Source of the DNA: Octopus sinensis
Lineage: Eukaryota
DNA length: 64,000 nt
Assembly: GCF_006345805.1 (NCBI RefSeq)
Contig: NC_043000.1
Location: 128,526,001 to 128,590,000 of the forward strand
Reading direction: 5' to 3'
This document shows, one piece after another, positions 41,419 through 54,460 of the stretch. The position numbers and the translations under genes were made by a program. Each line of letters begins with the position of its first letter. Position 1 is the stretch's first letter. Below the pieces are notes generated by a model, which saw only the letters and a list, made by a program, of their open reading frames with translations, was not told where the DNA came from and made no database searches.

Positions 41419-41656
41419 GTAAAATAATATGTGACAATTATTAATAGTCAAGATAAAACTCTGAGTTTCGGATGCCGTTTTTCAGATGGCCAAGATAACC
41501 GAAGAGATGGTGTTGGGGATTTCCACCTCGGCATCCGAAACTCAGAGTTTTATCTTGGGTATTGAATAATTGTCGCATATTATTTTACAGATAAATTACC
41601 TCTATTTACATAATATTGAGGTCTCTTTCTTTCTTTTGTTATCTTACCGTTTTTTA

Positions 41657-41660
<4 letters not shown>
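41416..41660 (+). mobile_element. (TA)n-embedded cassette with inverted partial repeat, carrying HHR-Y
   Basis: 41416-41476 is the reverse complement of 41529-41592 (a few mismatches); (TA)n on both sides. Confidence 0.75.
41492..41556 (+). ncRNA. Type-I hammerhead ribozyme variant with U4C (HHR-Y)
   Basis: aagataa-CCGAAGA-gatg...catc-c-GAAA-ctc(a)gagt-T-ttatctt: 7-bp stem I, palindromic stem III, GUU triplet; one core deviation. Confidence 0.65.
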
Positions 41661-41714
<54 letters not shown>

Positions 41715-41752
41715 ATAAATGGAGTTTAACGCAAGTGTAATCAAATATTTTT

Positions 41753-41839
41753 ACTTTCGACACATGTTTCGAAAATTCCACTGATATTATTCAAAAGAAT
41801 AAATGGTATAAAAACATGCAATCTTCTCCTCAGGAAAGT
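41753..41839 (-). ncRNA. Canonical type-I hammerhead ribozyme (HHR-Z)
   Basis: Minus strand actttc-CTGAGGA-gaagatt...aattttc-GAAA-catgtgt-C-gaaagt: 6-bp stem I, 7-bp stem II, stem III with ACATGT palindrome, GUC cleavage site. Confidence 0.85.
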
Positions 41840-41859
41840 GAAAAAACGAAATACACTCA

Positions 41860-41892
<33 letters not shown>

Positions 41893-41975
41893 CTCTCTCC
41901 TCTATATATATATATATATATATATATATCTATATATGCATATATATATATATGTGTGTACATATATATATATGC

Positions 41976-42010
<35 letters not shown>

Positions 42011-42805
42011 ATGCATATATATATGCATATATATCTATGCCTATATATACATATATATGCATTATAAATATACATATATGCATATAATATATACATATAT
42101 AATTGCATATATATATGTAAATATATATATGCATAGATGCATATATATGCATATATGTATATATATGCATAGATATGCATATATGTATATGTATATATAT
42201 GTATAGGCGTATATATATATATATATATTAATATATATATATATATATATACATATATATCTGTTTGTAAATATGCTGTCTTTTTGTATATATGTATACA
42301 TGCATACAAACATAATTTTAAAATCTGTCACCCGAAACCAATACAATTAAGGATAAAGTATCCAAAAAGGAGTGGAAAAGGACTGGCCGCCTAGATCAGT
42401 CCACAACTCTGATTCCTTCCATAAAGCAATTCTTCCGAATTTACACATCGGCGTCTTCTAGTTCGAGAGAACCGTGAAACTTCCCACATTCTCTGGAGTG
42501 TGGTTCTGTAATTGTACATAGACTTTATTGTGGTGTTCTTTTTACCTACAGTTTGAAACCTGTATTGTGTTTAATATAAACCATCACCCATCTCCTCTTT
42601 AATTAGCTCAGTATTTCTCGTTCTCTAGCGAATTCAGCATCTCAAGCAGGTTCGAACAATCGCGAGACCCAAGCACTCGGGGTGGATGAGCTTTTGTTTG
42701 TAAGAGACTGCCAAACTCTTCCTCACTTTTCCAGATTCACACCTTTATTTTGCTCCTCTTTTTCTTATTGTCTCCGATAACTTTCCACCCTTTGACCAAT
42801 AAAAT

Positions 42806-43070
42806 AATCAGTTTGTTAATCTCCTAGACAACCTAACTAATCAGTTAGCTAATCTGATAGACAACCAAACTAACCAGTTTGCTAATCCGGCACATAGATT
42901 CGCTAACTAACCAGTTAGCTAATCCGACAGACAACCTAACCAACTAGTTTGCTAATCCGGTAAATAACCAAACTGACCACTTAGCTAATCCGATAGATAA
43001 CCAAACTAACCAATGAGCCAATATTACAAGACAAGCCCACTAACCAGTTAGCTAATCCGGCAGACAACCA
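42806..43070. repeat. 33-bp degenerate minisatellite, ~8 units
   Basis: Consensus aaccagttagctaatccgatagacaaccaaact. Confidence 0.9.
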
Positions 43071-43611
43071 GGAATATCATCTCATGGAAAGGTAACTATG
43101 ACGAACGTACGAAAATGTGAACGGTAACCAACAGCAACGGCTATTTTTGTGTAGGTGGACCATGGTTAGATAGACTGCTGTGTTACTTTGTGCCTTTGCA
43201 GATTGAACATTTTCTCACAATGCTCCTCAACCGTCCAATATGTCCCGTTTATTTTAGCAACGCTTGTCAAGGTACGTGCGTTTTCACTGATACCTTATTT
43301 CTTACCTTTTTCTTTCTTTTTCTCACTTCTCTTTTTCATTTCCAACCCTTTTCCTTTCTTTTCTTTCTTTCTTATACATACACACACACATATATACGGT
43401 TTATTAATTATTTCTTTATTCTATTTTTTTTTTTCAATTTTCGAAATATGCTTTGTGGTTTCTGGCAGTGTGCAGAATTTCTTTCTTTTTTTTCTTTCTA
43501 TTTGCACAAATTGATCTGCATCGGTTATTTGTCATGTACATTGATCTTTCTAGCTGTCACCCTCTCATTCTCTAGTTCTATCTATCTCTTACTCTCCCTC
43601 TCTGTCTCTCT

Positions 43612-43709
<98 letters not shown>

Positions 43710-43929
43710 ACGTTTCTCTTGCTATCTTTCTGTCTGCATGTCTTCCTCATTCTCTTTGTCCTTTTGTCACTGAAACATTCTCACTCACCTTTTTCTTTAT
43801 CTTTCGCATTCTGTTGCACTTTCATTCATTCATTCATTCACTCATTCATTCATTCATTCATTCATTCAAACATCATTTATTTATTTAAGAGCTTGCACAT
43901 CGGTTTTTTCTTCCTCAGCATGCTCTTTA

Positions 43930-44097
43930 TTTCTTCTTCTTCTTCTTCTTCTTCTTCTTCTTCTTCTTCTTCTTCTTCTTCTTCTTCTTCTTCTTCTTCT
44001 TCTTCTTCTTCTTCTTCTTCTTCTTCTTCTTCTTCTTCTTCTTCTTCTTCTCTCTTCTTCTTCTTCTTCTTCTTCTTCTTCTTCTTCTTCTTCTTCA
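43930..44097. repeat. Long (TTC)n microsatellite
   Basis: About 168 bp of TTC with one interruption near 44050. Confidence 0.98.
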
Positions 44098-44142
44098 GTA
44101 AAAAGCAATGTCTTATAAGGGTATCATACATTGTATATATCA

Positions 44143-44178
<36 letters not shown>

Positions 44179-44328
44179 TATATATGCACATTATAGAATT
44201 ATAGATATGAGTGTGGATGTGTGCGTGTGTGTGCGCGCATGTCTGTTACAACAGACTGATCAGAATTCGTGTACATATAGACACTTGCATACATATGTAC
44301 AGACATACACGCATACATCCAAATATAC

Positions 44329-44368
<40 letters not shown>

Positions 44369-44440
44369 CTAGCTCTAAGTATTAGCTGAAACGGTCAAGC
44401 ATTAACCGAAGCGGAAATTAGCTGAGCACGCGCACGTACA

Positions 44441-44488
<48 letters not shown>

Positions 44489-45115
44489 ACACACACACAC
44501 ACACACACAAGCATGCACACATACACACACACACATACACGTACACATACACGCATACACACAATTCACAGACAAAACATACAACGACATGAAAACAAGT
44601 GCATATATGTATGTGATGGTTTTACTACTATTCCCACGCAATGCACGCTCTTATCAAGATTCATTATGTACCATATGAATGAATGGACGACTTGGTTAAG
44701 AATAGTTATCGTTTATAGCTTCGATTGCAGACTACACATTTACACAGACTCCCTAACATAGCCAAAATGACACGTCGTTGTAGCTGTTGTGGCTTGTCTT
44801 CCACCACCATCACCACCAAGTCGGCCTTGATTCAGTCGAGTTATGATCGAAGGCATGCCAGTCATGACCATCTCGTCTTTATATTGAGAATCTGTATGTT
44901 GGACTACATTATCTGCAGAATCTTTTATTTTTTTTTTATCTTCATCTTAAAAGATACGAGGATGTAATCTGAGTGAAAATTCGGCTACTATTTACAGCAG
45001 ATCGAGTGAGCCAACTCTTTTATATTTGATATAATTCAATACATAAATACATGCATGCATAAATACATACATACATACATACATATATACATACATACAT
45101 ACATACATGCATACA

Positions 45116-45148
<33 letters not shown>

Positions 45149-46006
45149 TCATACATACATACATACATACATACATACATACATACATACATACATACAT
45201 ACATGGGAGCTACATTCAGTATATATACTATCCTTGTAAGCTAACGGCAGAGAGGCTATGTGGTCACTCATGTTGTTAGAAACAGCAGCCGAGTCGCCCA
45301 CAAATCACGCTCTACTATCTTACAAAGTGGAGGGAACACGTTGCATAATGTTATTTTACTTACACAATGAACTGACTAAAAGGCTGAACATCACGGCTGG
45401 GTTGCATTTGATTGTCGATCTACTCAATCAGGCTTTTACCTGGGGCCAAACAAAATCAACAGTTACTACTAATACAACAACTACTACTATTACTATTCGT
45501 TCAGCAACTGGCTGTGTTAGGCGATGATTTAAAGTAAACTCAACATATATATCTTCTTCATATATCTCGCCAACTACTTTGTATTGATTCACAAGGTTTG
45601 TGTTCGCTGTATGCTGCTGCTGTGTGTACATATACACATATACAATTTCTTCATTTCTCGTGTCTTCATTCATAGAATTTAGTCAAAGACTTGAATACGG
45701 CAAACCAACAACTGCTATATATTCTTGCAGTTTAGTCACAAATATTTACCTACTTAACTACCTACGTATCCACCTACGTGTTTGCTTACCAACCTACATA
45801 CGTACATATATATATACACGCACAAAGATTATTAGCAATGTCATGTTGCTGAAAACGTGGTTTTGGGGTTCGTATGTATCACTTTCCTTGCAATGACACC
45901 CGTAAATTCACAAACCTTACTGGCATTGCTGCTTGGAGTAATTTTTTAAAGACATTGCATGTGCAAAGATGTCAACTACGTCAAGTAATATATATTATAA
46001 ATATGT

Positions 46007-46041
<35 letters not shown>

Positions 46042-46047
46042 GCATAT

Positions 46048-46106
<59 letters not shown>

Positions 46107-49100
46107 TTATATATATATTTATATATATATATATATGTATATTGATGCATTGATATGTGTATATTATATATGTATATTATATATATCCTTACATCCACCC
46201 ACGCATGTTATTATATATATATGTTTATATGTCCATGCATGTATACAGCGACGCATCTACACACCTGGATGCCTACCAATGCACGTACATTAATGACGAC
46301 CTTTCTCCCTATTAAAGTCGCAGGAGAATATCTTCAGACCCCACCATATTTCCTCTCTGTATATGTGCGTATATGTATGCATGTGTATATGTATGTATAT
46401 GTATGTATATGTCTGTACGAGTATGTATATGTGTGCGCGTGCAAATGCTTGTACCCGTGTGCATTAAGTTAAATATACATTTAACACGTTTTCACATCTA
46501 CTAACTTTCACACACACCATTTTACACCGTTTTTAAAAATGTCTTTTACATTTTCTGCACTATTTACCAACCACCAATATATTGTGATCTGTAACCATAT
46601 GGCATGTCTTTTCTAACAAAACTCTCTCTTGCTCCCCTCCAACTTTCTCCCACATACATGCGCACATGTATGCGTATGCGTATGTTTTATTAAAACAATG
46701 ATTCCAATAAAAGGCAGTTTGTTTCGACTGGGGACACTTGAAGGACTAACCATGTTGTTCTGAACAACTAACCCCAGAACTTTGTATGTATGTATGTATG
46801 TATGTATGTATGTATGTATGTATGTATGCATTTCCCTTCATAGCATCAACATATAAATGCTTCTTTAGAGTGAGAGGGCTGGATTTAGCAAAAATTTCGT
46901 CTGTAATGCTTGGGTTTATAGCTTCTCTTATGTTGTTTATGCTACAATTTTTTGAAGTGCTATAAAAAAAACCTCTCATAAGTTTTAAGAATCTATTGGT
47001 TAGCTTTTTAAATCGTAATCATTGGCTATTTATTGGCATATTAAACCCATGTTAATCTCTCTCTTATTCCTCCTCTGTGTGTGTGTATGTGTGTGTGTCC
47101 ATATCAACGTACATGCATGCAAACATATATATTCATACAACCTTACATAGGTGCTAGGCTTCACTCATCACTCTGCATAACACCAATATTACCTGCTCGT
47201 AATATGTCTTCAACAGATTATAATATACTGCAAGCATTCAGATCAGGCCCCCGGCTTTCTCCCACCCGTGTTATGGTAGAGATTGATTTAAACATAATCA
47301 GTATGGCCACTAATCGCATCAATCATATCTGTCCAGAGTGGAGGAGGCTGTAAAAACCTGAACAGTGCCCTCTTTTTCTGCCCTGGATAAATTCATATAT
47401 GCATGTGTGTGTGTGTGTGTGTGTGTGTGTTGTGTGTGTGTGTGTGTGTGTGGTGTGTGTGTGTGAGTCTGTGTGTGTGTGGACATATATAAAGTACATG
47501 CTTTAAAAGAAAACAAGCACGATAAATGCACACAAAGCTTACATACAGCTACATATACAGATGACAGATGAATATATACATATATTAAACCTAAACTCGA
47601 GATATTGCTTGTATTACTGTCGCAATTATAATCATTGTTACATAACCACTATTCTCGTCGCCATTATCATTACCTGTGTTGTTCCCACCATTTTATGCCC
47701 TGCTTCATATCGACTGATCATCAATGATAAATTCTGCCATTATTGCAATCACTGCTATTAGCTATACAAATTTTATTGTGCTTTTTATTTCTAAAACCTT
47801 TTCCCCGTGAATTTCAGTCTGTACTCTTAATCAGCAAACTGTACTCAATCTCTTAATTTTCCAACGCATTTATGATAATTTCTGATTTTTATATTTTTTG
47901 GTACTTTTTTTTTGCTTCTCTCCACCCACGCTAATGAACAATTTTTTTTATAATCCTCAAATTTACTCCCCAGAGAGAAAATGGCTTTACATTGTTTCCA
48001 CATTGAGGAAAACCTGCTGCTCCCCCAAATCCTCTTTGGTGAGTTATGATAATTTTATATTTACTTATTAGATTGTGGTGTAAGAAGCAGTGTCTTTCAG
48101 TCTTGCTGTATTTTCTTATACCTTGGGATCTAAATGTGATATTTAATGTGAGTTGTAGGTTTGCATTTCCATAAAGAAATAAATTTGTTGGGGGAAGCAG
48201 CTCTTAGAAAGATGGTTCGAAGAAGTGCTTAATCTGAAATTTATTGTGGGTACTTCTCAACATTGTTGTGACCTACACTTGTTTCTGCAGAAAGCGATCG
48301 TTGTTGATCATTTGTGCATAAAGATCTACCATTACCTGATATTTTAGAAACTCAGATAATGCTCCTTTGCTATTTTTAGCAAGTTTGCAAATTATACCCT
48401 GATGTGAGACATAGTGCTGAAATTGCTACAAAACCGTTTCATCAGTTCACAAAAAAAAAAAAAAAATCTTTTAGCACCACGGATGATGAAAAGATGCCGC
48501 ACAACTTGAGCTGATGATAGTTTGAAGGATATCATATTGTATCATACTGATGTATCATACTGATCCATTCCTCAACAAGGAGAACACTTACATAAGAAAA
48601 AAGATATGCATGCCTTTCTAATTGAGAATGGTAGAAATGTTTAAAAAATGGTTAAACAAAATATTTTCATAATCCTGTATGACGGAGGCAACTGAGTAAA
48701 ATGTAGGATTAATAACCAGATTAATAACCAAAGATTTGGTATCAAACTATCGATACCGTACTCTATCACAAATATTCTTAACTCTTAAATGATCCATTCT
48801 TTTTACTGCACCGATTGTGAATTGGTACACTTCGTTCTTGAAACCGTCGAGAGCTCAAAGCAATAAACTGAGTTCAGTTCGCTTTATGATTCAGTGAGCG
48901 TTTGTTGGAAGGAAATAGGTTCCGCTAGACTAACTTGCCCTTGATAACGAAAGCTTTCACAGGTTCTCAAGAACGCCAATATTAAGATGACTTGTTCGAA
49001 TCAGAGAAGAAAGATTCTTTGTAATTTATTCTTTATCGATAGCGTTAAAGATTCGATTTTGGTGAAAAGTGAGAGAGAGAGAGAGAGAGAGAGAGAGTGA

Positions 49101-49475
49101 GAGAGAGAAAGAAAGAGAGAGAGAGAAAAGAAAAAAGAAAAATGAACGTACGCCAGTGATGTGTAATATGTTTTTGTTTGTTTATTTTTAATGCTAGTTA
49201 ACGGTCCAATGCACTGCAATGCGAGCTGGTTTAGAAAGTCTATACCTCAAGTGAGGGACGGAAGTTTTTAACACCCCTCTCCTATGTAATATCCGCAGCT
49301 GGAACAGAAACCATAAAGACTGAGTAATTAATTATACAAACCTGCCGAGATCGACTTTGCCTTTCATTCTTTCATTCTTTCGGGGTCGATAAATTAAGTA
49401 CCAGTGAAACACTAGGGTCGAGTAATCGACTAGTCCCCTCCCCCAAATTTCAGGCCTTGTGCCTTTAGTAGAAAG

Positions 49476-49538
<63 letters not shown>

Positions 49539-49755
49539 CATTATTTATTTATTTATTATTTTTTTTCACCATGACATAGACAGAGATTCGTAGTTGTTTG
49601 TGGCGCACTGCTGGTAATAATGACTATAAATGTCCTCTAAATTTCCTTTCACTTATATATTCAGACCTCATAATGTGAGAAAAAAATTAGAATATGAAAA
49701 ATATATTTTGAAAGCTTATTTGCCATTGCAACCAATTGTTAGTGTCAATGAAGCT

Positions 49756-49863
<108 letters not shown>

Positions 49864-50454
49864 TGTATGTATATTAGTTGTACGTTTTTATTACTTGAAT
49901 CCGAAGGATAAATGTAACTTTCTAGTATACATAGCAAATTAAATATAGATACACAATCAAGTAGTAATAATGTTGACTTATGTCAGGAGCAAAACTACAT
50001 CTACTGCTAGATAGCAGGGGACAGTATACGTGGGAGTGTATGTGACAATGTAGCAGTTGTTTTTATTATTAGTCTTGCTATTGTTGTCATCGTTCTGATT
50101 TTTTTTTCTATTCTCATTTTTCTCCATTTCTTTCCACTCTCATTATCAACCTTTACTTACAACCTAACTAAAACTGTTTCTTATCGTTTTCATCCTTCTG
50201 AATTCTATTATCTATCGTGTTAGCTGTAGAATCGTTGACATCTTCGCTGTCTTGATAATGATATCAGTGCCATCTATGTCCTTACAATTGTCGTTATGTA
50301 GCCCACTGTAAATCCAACAGTTGGCGATTGGCTGTCAATGTCACCAAAATGGTGGCCTATCTACCGCCATGACAACTATACGCACAACGGCTAGTATAAT
50401 AACGGCTGCCAATTAACAGTAACTACTACAAGAACAGCAACAATGCCATCATTA

Positions 50455-50458
50455 TCGC

Positions 50459-50503
<45 letters not shown>

Positions 50504-50656
50504 ATCATCATCATATCATCATCATCATCATCATCATATCATCATCATATCATCATCATCATCATCATCATCGTCGTCGTCGTCGTCGTCATCATCACCA
50601 TCATTATCATCATCATCGTCGTCGTAATCATTGTCGTCATTATCAAGATTAATATT

Positions 50657-50698
<42 letters not shown>

Positions 50699-50699
50699 C

Positions 50700-50749
<50 letters not shown>

Positions 50750-50755
50750 CACCAT

Positions 50756-50810
<55 letters not shown>

Positions 50811-50855
50811 GCTACTACTACTACTACTACTGCTGCTGCTGCTGTTGCTGCTACT
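50455..50855. repeat. Compound trinucleotide tract (CAT)n/(CGT)n/(ACT)n/(ACC)n/(GCT)n
   Basis: Directly visible; source of the poly-S/H/T/V pseudo-ORFs. Confidence 0.97.
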
Positions 50856-51850
50856 GCTGCTCCTGTTGGTGGTTTCGGTGCTTGGAGGTGAGATAATTAG
50901 AACCTGTAGGGCACCGGACTGAATGTACTTTAGCTATTAAGTGTCGTCTCTCCACTTTCTTAGTTGGTATCTACTAGTATTAGTAAAATAACCACCAGTA
51001 ATATAGGGTGTACAGTAGCGTTGATCGATTCTATGCTGCTCCCAAAATTTAGTGTAAAAACAATATGATTGAAGTTAATGTTATAGTTGTTGTTTAGCCA
51101 CATGTTAGCTCTGATACAAGAGACCTTATTAAGATCAAAGGTATTCCAGTCATGACCATCTCATTTTTTTCAGACCCAACGTATCCTGAATAACATTAAA
51201 TAATGTGTCCTTCTTTATTGTAGTTCAATAGCAGGTTAACCATGATCTAGCAGACTACTAATCAAAGACCTTCTAGTTATGACCATCCAATTTATTTTTC
51301 AGACGCTGTTTATCTAGAAAAGACTACGTTGCCCAATATATCCTTCCTTTTTAAACAAAGTATAGTGTTTTTTGAGGCAGTTTTAGTTGCTGTTTTTAAC
51401 CTGTCGAGTGACCGTCCCCAACTCTTCTATAGAGATCCTTTTTACTATCTCAAATCATACTGCTATGGCAGTAGTGGGCAGAACTAGTCGAAAGTTACAT
51501 GTCATGACTTGAGATATTTAGCTATACATTCCTTAACATTTTGAGTTCAAATCACACCAAGTTGACATTGCCTTTCATCCTTTTGTTTGGTCAAGAAAAT
51601 AAAAGCAAATTATGGAGTGAGGTACGTCCGATTGGCTCTTCTTCCCCTAAGGGTCTGAGCTTGTGCCAATGTTAAAAGACTGTGATTACTATTAATATTT
51701 TGGAATCGATTTAAGCGTTTAAGAAGTTACTTTGTTATTTTGTAAGAAGTTATACATGGAAGTGGAATAGGATTAAGGTTGTGGGATACTTTGATCGAAC
51801 CCAGCTTTTCACCTGCATGTGGTAAAAGGTTGCTTTTCGGTTTTATTGAA

Positions 51851-51889
<39 letters not shown>

Positions 51890-52275
51890 ACACACACACA
51901 CACATACATGTGCATATAGTGTAATCTATGTCTATATTACTAATTAATGTCTTAACCAAATTATATAACGTTTTTTTAGCCCTACCTTTCGTTTGTATAT
52001 AACTATGATTGTAAACCTTTTCGTAACATGCTGTTCGAATGCATGGATTTTCATAGCAAATTATTATTATTATTATGTTGGTTGATTGGTAAACGCATTA
52101 GAACGTCGGAAAAAATTCCATTCAGTGTTCTTTCCAACGTTTTCAAATACCTCGGATTTCAAATTTGCTTTCCATCCTTTCAGAGGTCGATAAAATAAGT
52201 ACCAGTTGATCACTGCGATCGATTTAATCGGTTAGCTCCCTTCCCCAAAAGTAGAAAGTAGAAAGGATTACTACT

Positions 52276-52310
<35 letters not shown>

Positions 52311-52369
52311 GTTATTGTTGTTGTTATACAAATGTTGTTACATGCAAATTAAAGCAGTAAGAGATGTTA

Positions 52370-52942
52370 TCTTTCAAACATTTTTCTCAGGACTCTTGCA
52401 GAATACGAAGTGGCACTGCTCTAACGGTCGATAATACATATTTCAATTCCAATATACTTCAGCAGTTTAGATGTGCCGAATGGACCATTTACCATAATCT
52501 TTTCAACTTTTTTCTTGTCAGGTCCTGATATTTCTTGATTTTCAACGTTCCTCTGATACCCACTCTACTATCATTAGCGATCCTAAAGTCAATGATCTAA
52601 TACGATCATATCTGGTCTTCTTGTTTCAATTGTATGATCAGTCTCTATAAAGAAATCTCATAAAATCCTTGTTATTATCATTTACCATGACAACCCCTGG
52701 CTTGTGTTCATACTGCTTTTCCATCACTTCACATCTATAAACTTGACTAACGTCTTAAAGCACTCCTTTACTGACACAGTCACGCTGCGTTTATATTATT
52801 TTTGTGCTAGTTTACTGCGCTCAGTTAGCAGATACTTTCATTCTCTTTTCTACACATTCTGTATTTGCTATCTGACTGAGTTTTATCAGCATTTGCATCA
52901 AATTCATCCTAACAGCTTCTTCATGATGGGCTACAAATAGCG

Positions 52943-52945
<3 letters not shown>
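52370..52945 (-). mobile_element. 3' fragment of a restriction-like-endonuclease non-LTR retrotransposon (R4/HERO-like)
   Basis: Minus strand YEHKPGVVMVNDNNK, then (frameshifted) ILWDF-like, TDHTIETRRPDMI (PD motif), GPFGT...LKYIGI and SARVLRKM, the typical RLE C-terminus. Confidence 0.7.
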
Positions 52946-53005
<60 letters not shown>

Positions 53006-53734
53006 TGTAGTATCCATCAGTTTTTTGAGACCGTAGGTAAGGTAAAAAAAACACGTTGAGGTAATGAAATACACACCTACTCAGGCTTGTATTGCAGCAC
53101 ATAGGACAGCGGAAGATAAAGTTGATAGTTAAGGGTATTGGCCGCAACTGCGACTCCTGGTTTGTTTTTACTTTTGCTGTGCAATATACGAAGATAGTAA
53201 GTGCGGTGAGAAAAGACTATGTATATAGTCGGGGACAGGGAATTAATTTACTAGTTCCTACAATCCATGGAGGCTATAAGACCATTCTATATATATTTTC
53301 CTGTTGTATGCATAAAAAACAATCAATCAAAATGGCGGTGTAGGATACAAATCCGGCCGCTATACGAGTAGCAATAAAATGTTTCTGGAAGGCTTCCTGC
53401 CATGACTAACAGAAAAGGCAGAGAAAGAAATAATAATGATAATAATTTATTGGCGACAAGAACCGCAAAAACCAATTTAGAACAATGCAAAGACAAATAA
53501 CAGTGTGGATATATGTATACATGAGCCAACAATAAACAATAACAAAAAGAAAATTGATAACAATAAAAATTCGCTATTGGGAGCGCACTACCCAGGACCA
53601 ACTAAGGAATCCTGGATCAACCCGATCATCAAGGGCACCAACGAGAAGCGCTCCTCTCCCATCCGTTTTCTCTAACCTACAGGCACTAGCACAAAGTAGG
53701 CCCACTCACTCGCGTTACCCTGCTCTTCACCTAG

Positions 53735-54009
53735 TTCGGATTTCAAATTCCGCCTTTTATTTCCTTCTGAGATCAATAAAATAAAGTACCAGTCAAATAC
53801 TGTAATCGACAGCAACAACTAACCTCTCTCCCTTGAAAATTACTGGCCTTGTGCGCGGCAAAATGCTTAGCGGCATTTCATCCGTCTTTACGGTCTCATT
53901 CAAATTCCGCCGAGGGTCGATTAAATAAGTACCAGTTACGCACTGGAGTCGATGTAATCGATTTAATTCCTTCCCCCAAATGTGAGGCCTTGTGCTTCCG
54001 ATAGAAAGG

Positions 54010-54052
<43 letters not shown>

Positions 54053-54460
54053 TATTATTATTATTAAGACAGCGAGCTGGCAGAATCGTTAGCACGCCGG
54101 GCAAAATGCTTAGCGGCATTTCGTCTGCCGTTACGTTCTGAGTTCAAATTCCGCCGAGGTCGACTTTGCCTTTCATCCTTTCGAGGTCGATAAATTAAGT
54201 ACCAGTTACACACTGGGGTCGATGTAATCGACTTAATCCGTTTGTCTGTCCTTGTTTGTCCCCTCTGTGTTTAGCCCCTTGTGGGTAGAACAGACATAAG
54301 CATTTCGTTCGTCCTTACGTTCTGAGTTCAAATTCCGCCGATGTTGATTTTTGTCTTTCATCCTTTCGGGGTTGATAAAATAAGTACCAGTTAACCACTG
54401 GGGTGACGTAATCAACTTAATCCTTTCCCAGAAAAGTGAAATTAGAAATCATTATTATTA
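53735..54460 (+). mobile_element. Four head-to-tail SINE family B copies
   Basis: Core caaattccgcc...aagtaccagt...aatc repeats at ~53745, ~53900, ~54145 and ~54330, with (ATT)n tails. Confidence 0.85.

Noticed and set aside
41450-41490. Second hammerhead on the inverted arm of the HHR-Y cassette
   Set aside because: The core reads CTGAAAAA (no G8) and stem I cannot pair; only the 3' half is present.
47750-48450. Possible decayed RT fragment on the minus strand
   Set aside because: Only vague motif resemblance; too degraded to assign.
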